Program-made: the position numbers and the translations under genes
Notes under the pieces: generated by a model
What the model was told of the DNA's origin: nothing
What the model saw: only the letters and a program-made list of their open reading frames with translations
Database searches by the model: none
Shown here: positions 9,857 to 20,336 of the stretch, piece by piece
How positions within the stretch are numbered: position 1 is the stretch's first letter
How the letters are laid out: each line of letters begins with the position of its first letter
Assembly: GCA_963817895.1 (NCBI GenBank)
Contig: CAWFQB010000006.1
Span: 256,001 to 320,000 of the forward strand
DNA from: an uncultured Chthonomonadaceae bacterium
Lineage (GTDB): Bacteria > Armatimonadota > Chthonomonadetes > Chthonomonadales > Chthonomonadaceae
Reading direction: 5' to 3'
DNA: 64,000 bases

Positions 9857-11625
9857 TTGCGACCTTTGCACAATTCAGTAAAAATACGGTTTGCGGCTGT
9901 CATCGGATTGACTCTTGCTTGCTTTGGCACAGGCTTTGCGCTGTCGGCGGATACGCCGCAGCCGGTTGTTCGGCCTGCGCTGCAAGGCAATCGCGGGCCG
10001 TTCAAAGTGGCGTTTACGCCGGACGGCAGGCGGGCGGTTGTCACCGAGTTCGATGAGGGCGCGATTGCCGTTATAGATTGCGCGACGGGAAAGGTGTTGC
10101 AGCACGTACCCACGCGGGGTGAACAGCCTACAGGCGTGGCGGTCACTCCCGATGGCGGCATAGCGGTTGTCACCAACAGCCTGAGCGGTTCCATCGCGTT
10201 TATCAACCTGAATTCTCTCCAAACCGAAATTCTGCCCATGCGCGGAATGCCGTGGGACGCGGTCATTTCGCCGGACGGCAAAAAGGCGTATGTTTCCGTC
10301 AGCCAACTGGATCAGGTTGTCGTGATTGACCTTGCTTCGCGTAAAGTTGTCGGCACAATGCCGACGGGCAGGCGGCCCCGCGCGCTGGCGATCACCCCGG
10401 ATGGCGCAACGGTTGTCGCCGCCAACATGACCGAAGGTTCCGTCAGTTATCTGGATACCGCAACGCAAACCGAAACAGGGAAGGGGCGAACGCCTGCTGT
10501 GAATTTACGCGGCGTGGCCGTGTTTCCCGATGGGCAGCAGGTGTTCGCGGTCGGACAGCGGGCGCAAAACGAGCGGCCCACGGAAACCGCTATCGGTATC
10601 TGGTCCAATCAGGCGTTTTTGCAGGTTCCCAATGGCCCGCGCAACGGCCTGCAAAACCTGTGGCTGGACTTTATGGGCAAGGATGTGGCCGATCCCGATT
10701 CGGTTGTGCTGGATCGGGAGCAAACACGGGCGTTCATTACGTGCAGCGGCGGGCATAGCGTGAATGTGGTTCCGGTTCGGGGGGATGGCGACACGCAGAC
10801 CATTCAGAACATCGGGGCGTTTCCCAGAGGATTGGCGTTTACGCCGGACGGCAAAGAGTTGTGGGTTGCCAACGCGCTCGGCAACGATCTGGCGGTTGTC
10901 AATCCGCAAACCCTGCAAGTGACGCGGCGTATCAGTTTGGGGCCGACTGCGCGTAAAGACCCCGCGCTGGCAGGCCGCTTTCTGTTTACAACGGCTACCT
11001 TTGTCAAGGGCAAGCAGTTCAGTTGTAACTCGTGTCACCCGGACGGCGGCACGGACGGCATTTCGTGGAAGTTCGTGCATGTCAAGGACGCGCTTGGCAA
11101 GGAAATAGACCGCAACGCCAAAGGCTTGCGCGGGCATATCGCCGCCAATGCGCCGTACCGCTGGAGCGGGCATGAGCCGACGCTTGCCGCATTTATCGCC
11201 GAAGAGATACCCGGACTGATGCAGGGGGAAAAGCCCACGCCTGCCGAAGTTCGCGCGCTTGCCGATTATGTGGGCGCGTTGCCCCTGCCGCCCAATCCCT
11301 ACCGTGAAGCGGACGGCTCTTTCACAACGGCGGCGCTGCGCGGCAAAGAGTTGTTTACGGGCAAAGCGGGCTGCGTGGCGTGTCATGTGGGGCCGAAAGC
11401 GGGCGGGTCGCAAAAGGCATGGATCGGCACAACCCCGGAAGGCATGGAACTCCAAATCCCACGACTGGAGGGCGCTTACGACACCTATCCCTACCTGCAC
11501 GACGGCAAGGCGCAGACGCTGGAAGAGATATTCTCGCTACAGATCCCAAACACCTGCACGGCAAAGCGCATGAACTCTCTTCAGCTGAAATGAAAGACCT
11601 ACTTTCCTACGTAAAACAGTTGTAA
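9857..11625 (+). CDS. Secreted YVTN beta-propeller fused to a di-heme cytochrome c (peroxidase/MauG-like) domain, frameshift near 11535
   Basis: Repeated (A/V)xTPDG propeller blades; CNSCH and CVACH heme motifs; PPNPY, RGKELF, PYLHDG. The C-terminus continues as HGKAHELSSAEMKDLLSYVKQL in another frame. Confidence 0.85.
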
Positions 11626-11775
11626 AAGAGTTATAATTAAGTGGAACTCTGGCGCTTTGGCGCGTCTAACGAGTATGGCTTGTTTACGCAAGCCGCCATT
11701 TTCAGCCTGCGCCCTTTTTCATGGGCGCATACGCAACGTCGGCGACAGCCGACAATCGCAAAGGGAGACGACATT

Positions 11776-12306
11776 ATGAAACTGGGACTTTTCATTGCCG
11801 CAGCAAGCACACTGGCCGTGACGGCGTATGCCGCCGTTGAATCGGGCCTGAAACCGGGAACCACGCCGCAGGCGTTTCAGGTGGTGGACGTGACCGGGCC
11901 GAGCAAGGGCAAGCAGCTTTGCTACCGCTGTCAGTACGGCATGGCCCCCGTTCTCGCCGTGTTCGTGAACGGTGACGTTACCAAGTCGGCGGGTTTGGTG
12001 TCCGACGTGCAGAAGATCGTGGACGCTAATAAGAGCAAGGGCCTGCGCAGCTTCGTCGTTTACATGGACGGCCCCGAAGCAAAGGAAGCTATCGAGAAGG
12101 TCGCTTCCGAAAAGAAGACCACCATTCCCCTCGTCCTGCTGCCCAAAGGCACAAAAGAGGACGACATCGCGGCTTATAAGATCAGCCCGACCGCCAAGAA
12201 CACCATCCTGCTGTGGAAGGGTTCATCCGTGAAGAGCAACTTCGTGGACGTGGACACCGCCAAACTGCCGCAGGTGAAAAAGGCCGTAGACGCGATGCTT
12301 CAGTAA
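11776..12306 (+). CDS. Secreted thioredoxin/peroxiredoxin-fold-like protein
   Basis: ATG after AAGGGAG; signal peptide; LKPG..PQAFQVVDVTGP..LCYRC (CxxC). Confidence 0.6.
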   Translation: MKLGLFIAAASTLAVTAYAAVESGLKPGTTPQAFQVVDVTGPSKGKQLCYRCQYGMAPVLAVFVNGDVTKSAGLVSDVQKIVDANKSKGLRSFVVYMDGPEAKEAIEKVASEKKTTIPLVLLPKGTKEDDIAAYKISPTAKNTILLWKGSSVKSNFVDVDTAKLPQVKKAVDAMLQ

Positions 12307-12353
12307 CGCGCAACTGTGTGTGATTCTGGTTTTGGTGTAGTTTGCGGATTGTA

Positions 12354-12389
12354 AAAACCGGCTTATCCCGTAATGGATGAGCCGGTTTT
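12354..12389 (+). terminator. Rho-independent terminator
   Basis: AAAACCGGCT...AGCCGGTTTT hairpin followed by a T-rich tract. Confidence 0.75.
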
Positions 12390-12517
12390 ATTCTTTAGGA
12401 AATCAACCCCATCTTTTCATAAACATTTTATGTTTGGCGGGGATACTGATAGTAGAAAACGTGAAGACGACTGTTTCACGTTAGCCGAATGATTGAAGGA
12501 TGAAGGAGAGAACGTAG

Positions 12518-13543
12518 ATGAACAGCAGCAAAGGCAATTCAAGAAAAAGCGCGCGCCTGATTTCCGCCGTGACCGTGAGCGGCCTGATTTTGAGCGGGGT
12601 GTTTGTCGCCAATCTGACCGGTGCGCAGGCGCAGGGTGGCGGCAGGCAGGGACGGCAGGGCAGGGGCGGCGGACAGGGACAAGCGGGCCAAAACCCCAAC
12701 GGGGTTGGCGCGGGTGGACAGGGACAGGGGCCGGGACAGGGCGGCTTCGGCGGACGTTCGCCGATGATGCAGGGAACCGTTACGGGCGGCGACAGCAGCG
12801 CGGGCACGATTATCATCAGTTCGCCCTTCGGCGGCGGCAACCAGACCTTGAAAGTGACGCAGACCACGCAGTTCGCCACGCAAATGGAAGTATCCGCGTC
12901 CGAGTTGCGCGTGGGGGATCAGGTGCAGGTGCAGGGCGTGCCGACCGGCATTACCGCCAGTTCCATCACGGCGGGACAGATGCCGGACTTTCTGCGTCCC
13001 GGCGGGCAAAACAATCGCCCCGGTCAGAACAACGCGGGCGGCGCGAATGCTCCGGGCGGGCAGGGCGCAGGCGACGCGCAAAACAATACGGGCGTGCTTG
13101 GCCGACTGGCGCAGAGCCAGAATGGTCAGGGCCAGAATGGTCAGGGGCCGCCACCGGCGCAGGCGTTCGCGTCTGCAACCGGCAAAGTGATTTCCACCAG
13201 GCCGCTCACCATCTCTATCGGAGACGGTGTTTCCATCACGCTGAAAATGGGCGCGGACGCCAAAGTGACCAAAATCACCAAAGCGACGTTTGACAGCCTG
13301 AAAGTGGGCGACCGTATCACTGCCGCCGGAGCGACAGGCGCGGACGGCACGTTCACGGCAACCGGAATCGGCATCAACATGGCGCAGGGCGGCGGGCGCG
13401 GCGGCTTCGGCGGTCCCGGCGGTTTCGGGGGGCCTGGTGGTTTCGGTGGACCGGGCGGCTTCGGCGGACGCGGCGGACGCGGGGGCGGTCAGGGAGGTCC
13501 CGGTGGCCCCGGCGGTCCTCCCCCGACCGATGGCGGCAATTAA
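12518..13543 (+). CDS. Secreted Gly/Gln-rich protein with two DUF5666-like OB repeats
   Basis: Signal peptide; SELRVGDQVQVQG and DSLKVGDRITAAG repeats; tandem GGFGGP units at the C-terminus. Confidence 0.65.
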   Translation: MNSSKGNSRKSARLISAVTVSGLILSGVFVANLTGAQAQGGGRQGRQGRGGGQGQAGQNPNGVGAGGQGQGPGQGGFGGRSPMMQGTVTGGDSSAGTIIISSPFGGGNQTLKVTQTTQFATQMEVSASELRVGDQVQVQGVPTGITASSITAGQMPDFLRPGGQNNRPGQNNAGGANAPGGQGAGDAQNNTGVLGRLAQSQNGQGQNGQGPPPAQAFASATGKVISTRPLTISIGDGVSITLKMGADAKVTKITKATFDSLKVGDRITAAGATGADGTFTATGIGINMAQGGGRGGFGGPGGFGGPGGFGGPGGFGGRGGRGGGQGGPGGPGGPPPTDGGN

Positions 13544-13843
13544 GTTAGAAACTGCGACAACGTTCGCGGTTATAAATTCACAGCGCCAATCCGCGCCTTG
13601 CGCCTGAATTATGTTCAGGCGCAGGGCGCATATTTTACGCTTTTTGAGTTCTCCGACAAATGCGGAATGTAAATTTTGCCAATGGCGACGCAACAAAAAA
13701 CGCCGTTTACGGACGTGGCTCCTGCCGGAAATTGTGAATTTGGCGTATAATGCTACAGAGAACACGTTTTCAATTGCAATCGTGTCGGTTGTTAAACGCA
13801 AATACGCGCTCTGATGCTGATAAGAGAGGAACCTCCAACCTTC

Positions 13844-14707
13844 ATGTCGAAACCTTTTGATGCAGCGACCCGGTATCTGGTGGAGATTGACCCGCTGGCA
13901 TGGCTGCAATTTGCCGGTTTGAGTGGAAGCGAGGCGGAACTCATAGACGCCAACCTGTCCACTGTGACGAGCGAAGCCGACCGTATTCTGCATGTTAAGA
14001 CACCGGAGTATATGGCGCATGTCGAGTTGCAGGCTACGTATAAAGACAACCTGCCGTATCGCGTTCTGCGCTACAACGCGCTGACCTTCTGCCGCTATCT
14101 CCTGCCGGTACAAAGCATTCTCGTTCTGCTGCGCAAAGAAGCCGATGGCCCTGCGCTGACGGGCAATCTCGGTTACGTCGTGCCGCAAGGCGCGGGCGGT
14201 TCGCTCACCTTTACGTATCACATCGTTCGAGTATGGGAAAAAGACGTGGAAGACGTGCTTACTGGCGCGTTAGCCACATTGCCGCTCGCGCCCTTAACCA
14301 ATGTTTCTCCTGACGCGCTGCCAGACGTAGTACGCCGCATGGAAGAGCGCATTGATGCCGAAGCGCAGCCTGCCGAAAAGGAGATGCTTTGGACAACAAC
14401 GTACCTGCTCATGGGCTTAAGGTACGAACCGGATGTTACCCGTGAACTGCTGAAAGGAGTCTTAGCCTTGAAAGAATCATCTACCTACATGGAAATCTTT
14501 GAAGAGGGCGAAGCCAGTGGATTGAGCAAGGGCGAAACGAGAGGCGAACGGAACCTTATTCTGCGGATTGGACACAAGCGTTTTGGCACACCGGACGCTG
14601 CTACTGTCGCCGCGCTGGAGGCCATCACGTCTCTGGACACTCTGGAACAACTGGCCGAGCGCCTGCTCGAAGTGGAGACATGGGACGAACTTCTCAACGA
14701 ACAGTAA
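13844..14707 (+). CDS. Rpn/YhgA-like PD-(D/E)XK recombination-promoting nuclease (putative transposase) with a DUF4351-like tail
   Basis: KPFDAATRYL, EADRIL..HVELQ, VRVWE, LPLAPL and ESSTY...EEG...KRFG...ETWDELL. Confidence 0.75.
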   Translation: MSKPFDAATRYLVEIDPLAWLQFAGLSGSEAELIDANLSTVTSEADRILHVKTPEYMAHVELQATYKDNLPYRVLRYNALTFCRYLLPVQSILVLLRKEADGPALTGNLGYVVPQGAGGSLTFTYHIVRVWEKDVEDVLTGALATLPLAPLTNVSPDALPDVVRRMEERIDAEAQPAEKEMLWTTTYLLMGLRYEPDVTRELLKGVLALKESSTYMEIFEEGEASGLSKGETRGERNLILRIGHKRFGTPDAATVAALEAITSLDTLEQLAERLLEVETWDELLNEQ

Positions 14708-14862
14708 CGCTTACGCGCCGGGTGTTGAAATCAGCCCCTGTATACGCTTATCACGGCGAATACAGGGGCTTGTTAGCTGTCCAAACTTGTACGGACTTGC
14801 GCGCGGTTCGCCCCGGATTACAGTTCGGATTGGAACCGCCGCGCTGACTCAGTAGTTGCGCA

Positions 14863-16242
14863 TCACCCGCGCAGGACGCCCCGAAAGTCGGCGGGTGTCC
14901 CCTTGTAGTTGGGGAACACGCGGGGCAGGCTTTGCGCTCCCAAATGTCTGGTAGCGATTTCTCCGAAAACGGCGCGGAAGTCTGTCGTCACGGCAAGGTC
15001 GCGGTTCTCGTAGAGCTGCCCTTCCGCAAGTCCCGGCCATTTGCCCAGCACCTTGCCGCCGCTCACATCGCCGCCAAGCGCGAAGAAGCAGGTGGCGTGG
15101 CCGTGATCCGTGCCGCCCGTTCCGTTTTGGCGCGCGGCGCGGCCAAACTCGCTCATCGTCAAAATCACCACATCCGCCATTTTGTCGCCAAGATCGGCAT
15201 ACAGCGCGGACACGCCCTGCCCGAACTCTCGCAATTGCTGCGTCAGGCGTTGCGTCTGGCTGGTGTGCGTGTCCCATCCGCCCATCTCCGCAAAGGCCAC
15301 TTCCACGCCCACATCGGCTTTCACCAGTTGCGCGATCTGTTGCAGCGACTCTCCAAACCGTCCCGCCGGATACGCGGCCCCATTGGAAGGAACATACGTT
15401 CCCGGCACGGCTTTTTTCAGCAGGGATATAGCCTCGAAACTCTCCTTACCCGGCCCGTGCAGCACATCGCCAACCGCGTGATCGTACAGCGTCTCGAACC
15501 CGCCCGCAGCGGACGCCGACGCCGCCATCATGTCGGGAGTGGCCGCGCTTGCGGTCAGGGCGCGTCCGCCGCCCTTCTTGCCTCTGCGCCCCGCTTCGCC
15601 CGCGCTTGCCACGCCGATGCCGAACGCCCTCAGGTCGGGAATGGCAAGCGCGCCCGCATCCCCCTGCAAACTGCGCGGCAGGCCGTGATCGCCGCCGAGC
15701 GCAACCGCCCGGAACGGACTGCCGGTTCCCGCTGCTGCCGCGAGCTTCGCCCGGTCTTCGGGGCAGGCCAAAACCGCGCGGGACAGCCATCCATCCGCAA
15801 CATGCTTGTCACCCGGCGCGCCCGATTCCATGAAGTCCTGCGCGTCGAAGTGTGAGCGCGTCGCGTCGGGGGAACCGCAGGCGTGAACGGCCGCCAGATG
15901 CCCGGACTTGTAAATCGGCAGGAACGGGGCCAATCCGGGATGCAGGCCGTAAAAGCCGTCCAGATCGAGCAGGGCGTTGTTGCCGGGGCCGCCGGGACGC
16001 TGTAACGCGAGTGTGGGGCGCAGCCGGTACAAATCGCGATCCCCATGCGGCGCGACAATGTTCAGGCCGTCCGCCGCGCCGCGCTGAAAGATGCAGATCA
16101 GGATTTTGCCCTTTTTGCGGGCACTGGTATCAGCCCCGAAAGCCGCCTGCCGCAGAAACATCGGTCCGAACACGGGAGCCAGTCCCACGGACGCCAGCGC
16201 GATGCCCCCGTTTTTCACAAACAAACGACGTGATATTTTCAT
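14863..16242 (-). CDS. DUF1501 family protein (Tat signal)
   Basis: SRRLFVK, FQRGAADGLN, TRSHFDAQ, GGWDTH, MSEFGR and GTDHGH. Confidence 0.92.
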   Translation of the reverse strand: MKISRRLFVKNGGIALASVGLAPVFGPMFLRQAAFGADTSARKKGKILICIFQRGAADGLNIVAPHGDRDLYRLRPTLALQRPGGPGNNALLDLDGFYGLHPGLAPFLPIYKSGHLAAVHACGSPDATRSHFDAQDFMESGAPGDKHVADGWLSRAVLACPEDRAKLAAAAGTGSPFRAVALGGDHGLPRSLQGDAGALAIPDLRAFGIGVASAGEAGRRGKKGGGRALTASAATPDMMAASASAAGGFETLYDHAVGDVLHGPGKESFEAISLLKKAVPGTYVPSNGAAYPAGRFGESLQQIAQLVKADVGVEVAFAEMGGWDTHTSQTQRLTQQLREFGQGVSALYADLGDKMADVVILTMSEFGRAARQNGTGGTDHGHATCFFALGGDVSGGKVLGKWPGLAEGQLYENRDLAVTTDFRAVFGEIATRHLGAQSLPRVFPNYKGTPADFRGVLRG

Positions 16243-16262
16243 GGTGTTAAACTCCTTGAGGA

Positions 16263-16367
16263 AGGTTGTTAGGTTATCAGGTTACAATGTTCGTCTGAAT
16301 CTCTGCTAAACCTGAAAACTTACCAAATTGAATACCTAACAACTAACAACTAACAACCTGACAACCT
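16263..16367. repeat. Short-period tandem-repeat inverted element (AGGTTGTC/ACAACCT family)
   Basis: AGGTTGTTAGGTTATCAGGTT ... AACAACTAACAACTAACAACCTGACAACCT fills the DUF1800-DUF1501 gap. Confidence 0.7.
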
Positions 16368-18445
16368 TATCTCCTCTGAAACTCCGGGGAGCCGAGCAGC
16401 AGGGCGGCGATACGGGGGGCGGTAACGCTGCCCGACGCGGTTGAGACATTGGTAGCCGTGGGCGCGTCACCGTTCATCTGTTTGAGCAGCGTGGCGCGGG
16501 TGGCCGGGGCGATGGGCGTGTGCAGTATTTGCGCGGCAAGCGTGTCCATAAGCTGTCCGGCCTCTTTTGCCGGGACGCTTTTGGCGTCCGTTGGCGCGGT
16601 CGGCAGGTGAACGCCTGTGACATCTCCCAATTTGCCGTCCGTGAGCGCGAGAGCAAAGTTCAGGCGCGAAATCAGCGCGCCCGCCGACACCCACTTGCTG
16701 GAATCTTCCGGGTAGCCGGTGGGAGCCTGATACTGGAACAGGGGCTGGCCCATCGTGCCGACCTGTCCGAACAGGGTGGTTTCGCTGGCGTCCAGATAGC
16801 CGCCGCCTTTGGGCGGCTTGATGAGCGATGTGGCAATTCTGGCCTGACCCTGTCCTCTGCCGCGCCCCATAGCAACTTCCGCATAGGTTCCGCCAAGCGC
16901 GCGAACCGAAGATACGGCGTATTCAAATGGCGATTTGATCTTGCTGCGGTACGCTGTCGGCGCATAAAATTCGGGTGAAGTGACAATGGTTCGTACGATT
17001 TCGCGCAGGTCGCCATCCGTTCGTTTCCATGTCGCCACGCACTTATCCACAAGCGAAGCGGGCGGCGTATCGGCAACAAACCGCTGGCAGAGTTGATAGG
17101 AGACGTGCTTCATGGTGGCGGGATGGGAGGCTAGAATATCCAGCACCTTTTCGCCATCCTGAATGCCGCCGCCTGCCGGAATGGTTTGTCCGAGTACCGT
17201 TTTCGCGCCGTTGTCATGCGCGGCGGGAGCGAAGCGGAACGCCGCCTGCTGCGGCGTACTTGCCCTGACCGGGCCGTTTGTTGCCCTGCGAAGCCACGCC
17301 CCAGCCTGTGAAGCAACGCGCCACTTCATGCACGTCGTTTTGCGTATAGCCGCCGTCCACGCCCAGCGTGTGCAGTTCCATGATTTCGCGGGCGTAGTTT
17401 TCGTTCAGGCCGGTTGGGGCCTTCTTCTTTTGCTGCGCGGCGGCTTTGAGTCTGGCGCGTCGCGCGGGCATAACGGCTGCCGTTTCCGCGCCCGGATCGG
17501 CTGTGGAAAGATAGTTGTCCAGATAAACGAGCATGGCGGGACTGTGTGCGCTGGCTCCGAGCAGATCGCGGAATTTGCCCATAACATGTGGGCGAATCGC
17601 ATCGCGGTCATCGGCGATTTTCAGGATGCCGCAGGGCGCGCGGCGCAGGTCAATATTGAAATGGTTGTTCCAGAAATCAGCCAGCACCTCTTGAAGTTGC
17701 CGTTCCGATTCTACCGCTCGTACCATTTTCGCGGCCATAAACTGCTCATGCGCTTCGGTCACAGGCATAGCGGCCTGCGCCACCTGCTGCCGCAACGCGC
17801 GCATGTCTTGCATCTGTGTCATCGTATCCGCGTCTGCGCTTGCGCCGAGCAGCGACTTTTTGGCTTTGTTGCCCTTTGCCGCTTTCTTGTCGGCAACCGG
17901 CGGCGCGGCTTCCATTTTCTCCGGCATAGCGGGGGGCGTTTGCCCCGCCACAGCCCCGGCAACAGGCGTTTGTCCTGCCGCTGCGTCTGCCGCAGCGGTT
18001 TCGCGCGCCGCCTGCTTTTTGGCGGCTTTGTTGACGCCCTGCGCCTGTTTCGCCACGCCTAAAAACGTGTTGTACTCTTCGGCAAGCTGTTCGCTGCTCA
18101 ACTGTAGCTGCGCGTAGCTCGCCAATTGCCGGTCTACCGCCGAGTCGTCAATGCGTTCGGGATGCAATTGCAGATCAATGTAACGCGACAGTCCCATCGC
18201 TTTTACTTTCTGCGACATCGCCGGGACGCGCCCCGAACCCAAGCCGGTTCAAAACATGAACGATTTTCTGGTCTTCGGTCAAGCGGCGCGGCGGCATTGC
18301 GCTTCATCGCGTCACCGGAAACGGGCGGGGCGGTTTTCTCAACGGGCGCGGCGGAAAGCGTGTTGGCGGTGAGCGTAATTCCCCCTGCGCCAAGCGAAAG
18401 GGCAAGGGCGCTCAGGGCGATTCGGTTCAGTCTGGCGGTTGGCAT
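16367..18445 (-). CDS. DUF1800 family protein, frameshifted (~18270, ~18205, ~17255)
   Basis: QLQEVLADFWNNHFN, SPAMLVYLDN, NENYAREIMELHTLG, KIKSPFEY and LLLGSPEFQRR, spread across three or more ORF pieces. Confidence 0.88.
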
Positions 18446-18573
18446 ATCGCATCCTTCTTTGATATCTAATTGGAACGACTACAAGCGGAAGTCCACGGTT
18501 ACAGACGCAGAAATGTGTCGGGAGTTCACTGCTTTCTCAAACCGACATAAAATTACCGGGAAAAAGAAAACTT

Positions 18574-18701
18574 GTAGGGACACAACTTGTTGTGTCCGCA
18601 TCCTCTGCTTCGGGAGAAAACACAACCCTCGCCGGAGGATTGCGCAAATGTTGGGGAGAGGACACAAATTATGGGGAGGACACAACAAGTTGTGTCCCTA
18701 C
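18574..18701. repeat. GTAG-type REP pair (BIME-like)
   Basis: GTAGGGACACAACTTGTTGTGTCC (18574-18597) and its perfect reverse complement (18678-18701). Related copies at 41417 and 56460. Confidence 0.85.
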
Positions 18702-18756
18702 GAGCATGTTCTTGAGGTGGCAACCGCCTTGTTTGAGCGAAATTGGGTTCGGATAT

Positions 18757-19461
18757 TTACACGCCTGTAAGCAGTTGATCGTAGGCGAAGTCGGTGATTA
18801 TGTCGCCATCGTTGAAAACGCGATTTTGACAGCAGGGGTTGTCCCAAAAATCGTGTTCCACAATGTCAACAACAGGTGGAATATCTTTGCAAACAACCTG
18901 AACAATCCGGTTATCGCTGCGGTGACGCTTGACGGTCAACTCATAAGCAGGAGTAACTTCTTTGTAGCGACCGGGTAATTCGTTGGTTTCAATGGCTTCC
19001 GCTATTTCCGCGGCAGTGGCATCATCCATTGCGGGAACCATGTCTGCATTCATAAGAACTATTTGATTGTTAATAGTTTTGTATCCGGCAAAGGCTCCTA
19101 ATAGGTATGGCCCGCAGAGATGTAATATCGCGCCATTATCCACTTGAAAAAAGAAGCGCAACGCTTCATCATCTCCATAGTTGTCCTCCTCTATCAAAAG
19201 CATTCTGGTGAAATGGTAATTCGTGACAGTTACTAATCCTTGCGCTTCCCATGTGCGCATTTGCTTTTCGTGCTCCTTTGTGGGATCAGAGGAAAATAAA
19301 AACCCGGCGACGATGCACAGTAGCAGAAGAAAAGCAAAGGTTATGATAAATATTACAAAACTGAGTAGCAATTGGGAACGTTCCTGCCTGTTGGCAAGCA
19401 GCATTATCGCCAACAAAATGCTGCCGAACACGAACAAACCTGTCCGCAAAATCCGCATCAT
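18757..19461 (-). CDS. Hypothetical membrane protein (two N-terminal TM helices)
   Basis: 234 aa ORF directly downstream of recO; visibly more AT-rich than its neighbours. Confidence 0.65.
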   Translation of the reverse strand: MMRILRTGLFVFGSILLAIMLLANRQERSQLLLSFVIFIITFAFLLLLCIVAGFLFSSDPTKEHEKQMRTWEAQGLVTVTNYHFTRMLLIEEDNYGDDEALRFFFQVDNGAILHLCGPYLLGAFAGYKTINNQIVLMNADMVPAMDDATAAEIAEAIETNELPGRYKEVTPAYELTVKRHRSDNRIVQVVCKDIPPVVDIVEHDFWDNPCCQNRVFNDGDIITDFAYDQLLTGV

Positions 19462-19471
19462 TTCACCTGTT

Positions 19472-20233
19472 TCACTTTCCTGCCCGGAGTTGATCCAGAA
19501 AGTCGGCGCTTTTGAGGTCGCGGTTGACGCGGAAACGGATGAACCAGCGGAGGGCGCGGGCCACTTCGGCTGCGGTTTTGGGCGCGGGTTCGAGGCTGAG
19601 AACGGCTTCGGGCGGCTCCTGCATCAGGGTTTGCATCGTTTCCACGCTCTCCTGCGATAAACTGACGGCATCATCTGCCTTGTAGCGATCCGCGTTGCAC
19701 AGGGTTCCGCCAAGCGAGGGGCTGAACCCGACCTGACGGCGTTCCAGCGGATTGCCGCATTTCACGCAATGATCCAGCACGGGCGCGTAGCCGATGATTG
19801 CCAGCAGATGCAGTTCATACGCATGGACAATGCCGTCCGGGTAGTGTTCGGCGCGGGCCAGCAGATGCAGGGCGGAAATGGTTAAATCGAATAGCTCGTC
19901 ACTGGCAATGGCGTCCCGTTCCAGCGTCAGGCGATCCAGCAGTTCGCAGAAGTAGGTGGCGCGGGCCAGCCGTTCCAGATCGTAGCGCAAATCGGGAAAC
20001 GAATTCACGATTTCGCACTGCGAAACAATGTCCAGATTCCGGCCTGTTCCGAGCAGAAACCGGGAGTGCGTGAACAAATCCGTCGCGCCGCTCAAACGGC
20101 TTTTGCCCCGCCGCGCTCCCTTGGCGACAGCGGACACTTTGCCGTGTTCGCGGGTGAACAGCGTCAATATACGATCATTTTCGCCCAGGTCAATGCGATG
20201 CGTGACCAGGCCATTGGCTGAATAGGTAGGCAT
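19472..20233 (-). CDS. recO: DNA repair protein RecO
   Basis: DLGENDRILTLFTREHGKVSAVAKGARR; CVKC...GGTLC zinc-site region. Confidence 0.95.
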   Translation of the reverse strand: MPTYSANGLVTHRIDLGENDRILTLFTREHGKVSAVAKGARRGKSRLSGATDLFTHSRFLLGTGRNLDIVSQCEIVNSFPDLRYDLERLARATYFCELLDRLTLERDAIASDELFDLTISALHLLARAEHYPDGIVHAYELHLLAIIGYAPVLDHCVKCGNPLERRQVGFSPSLGGTLCNADRYKADDAVSLSQESVETMQTLMQEPPEAVLSLEPAPKTAAEVARALRWFIRFRVNRDLKSADFLDQLRAGK

Positions 20234-20235
20234 AG

Positions 20236-20336
20236 GATTTTAGGTTGTCAGGTTGTCAGGTTGTCAGGTTGTTCGTTAGAGAAAAGCGCCTGTGGCCTCT
20301 TTGCCTAACAACTAACAACCTAAAACCCTAAAACCC
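20236..20336. repeat. Octamer tandem-repeat inverted element
   Basis: (AGGTTGTC)x3-4 ... TAACAACTAACAACCTAAAACCCTAAAAACC; same family as 16263-16367. Confidence 0.75.

Noticed and set aside
12539..14221. 560-aa minus-strand ORF and similar long antisense ORFs (e.g. 398-1438, 4791-6035, 30093-31373, 33530-34765)
   Set aside because: Shadow ORFs opposite well-supported genes in GC-rich DNA, with no recognisable motifs.
13844..14707. Complete IS element
   Set aside because: No terminal inverted repeats or target duplication found, and Rpn-family genes are not classical IS transposases.
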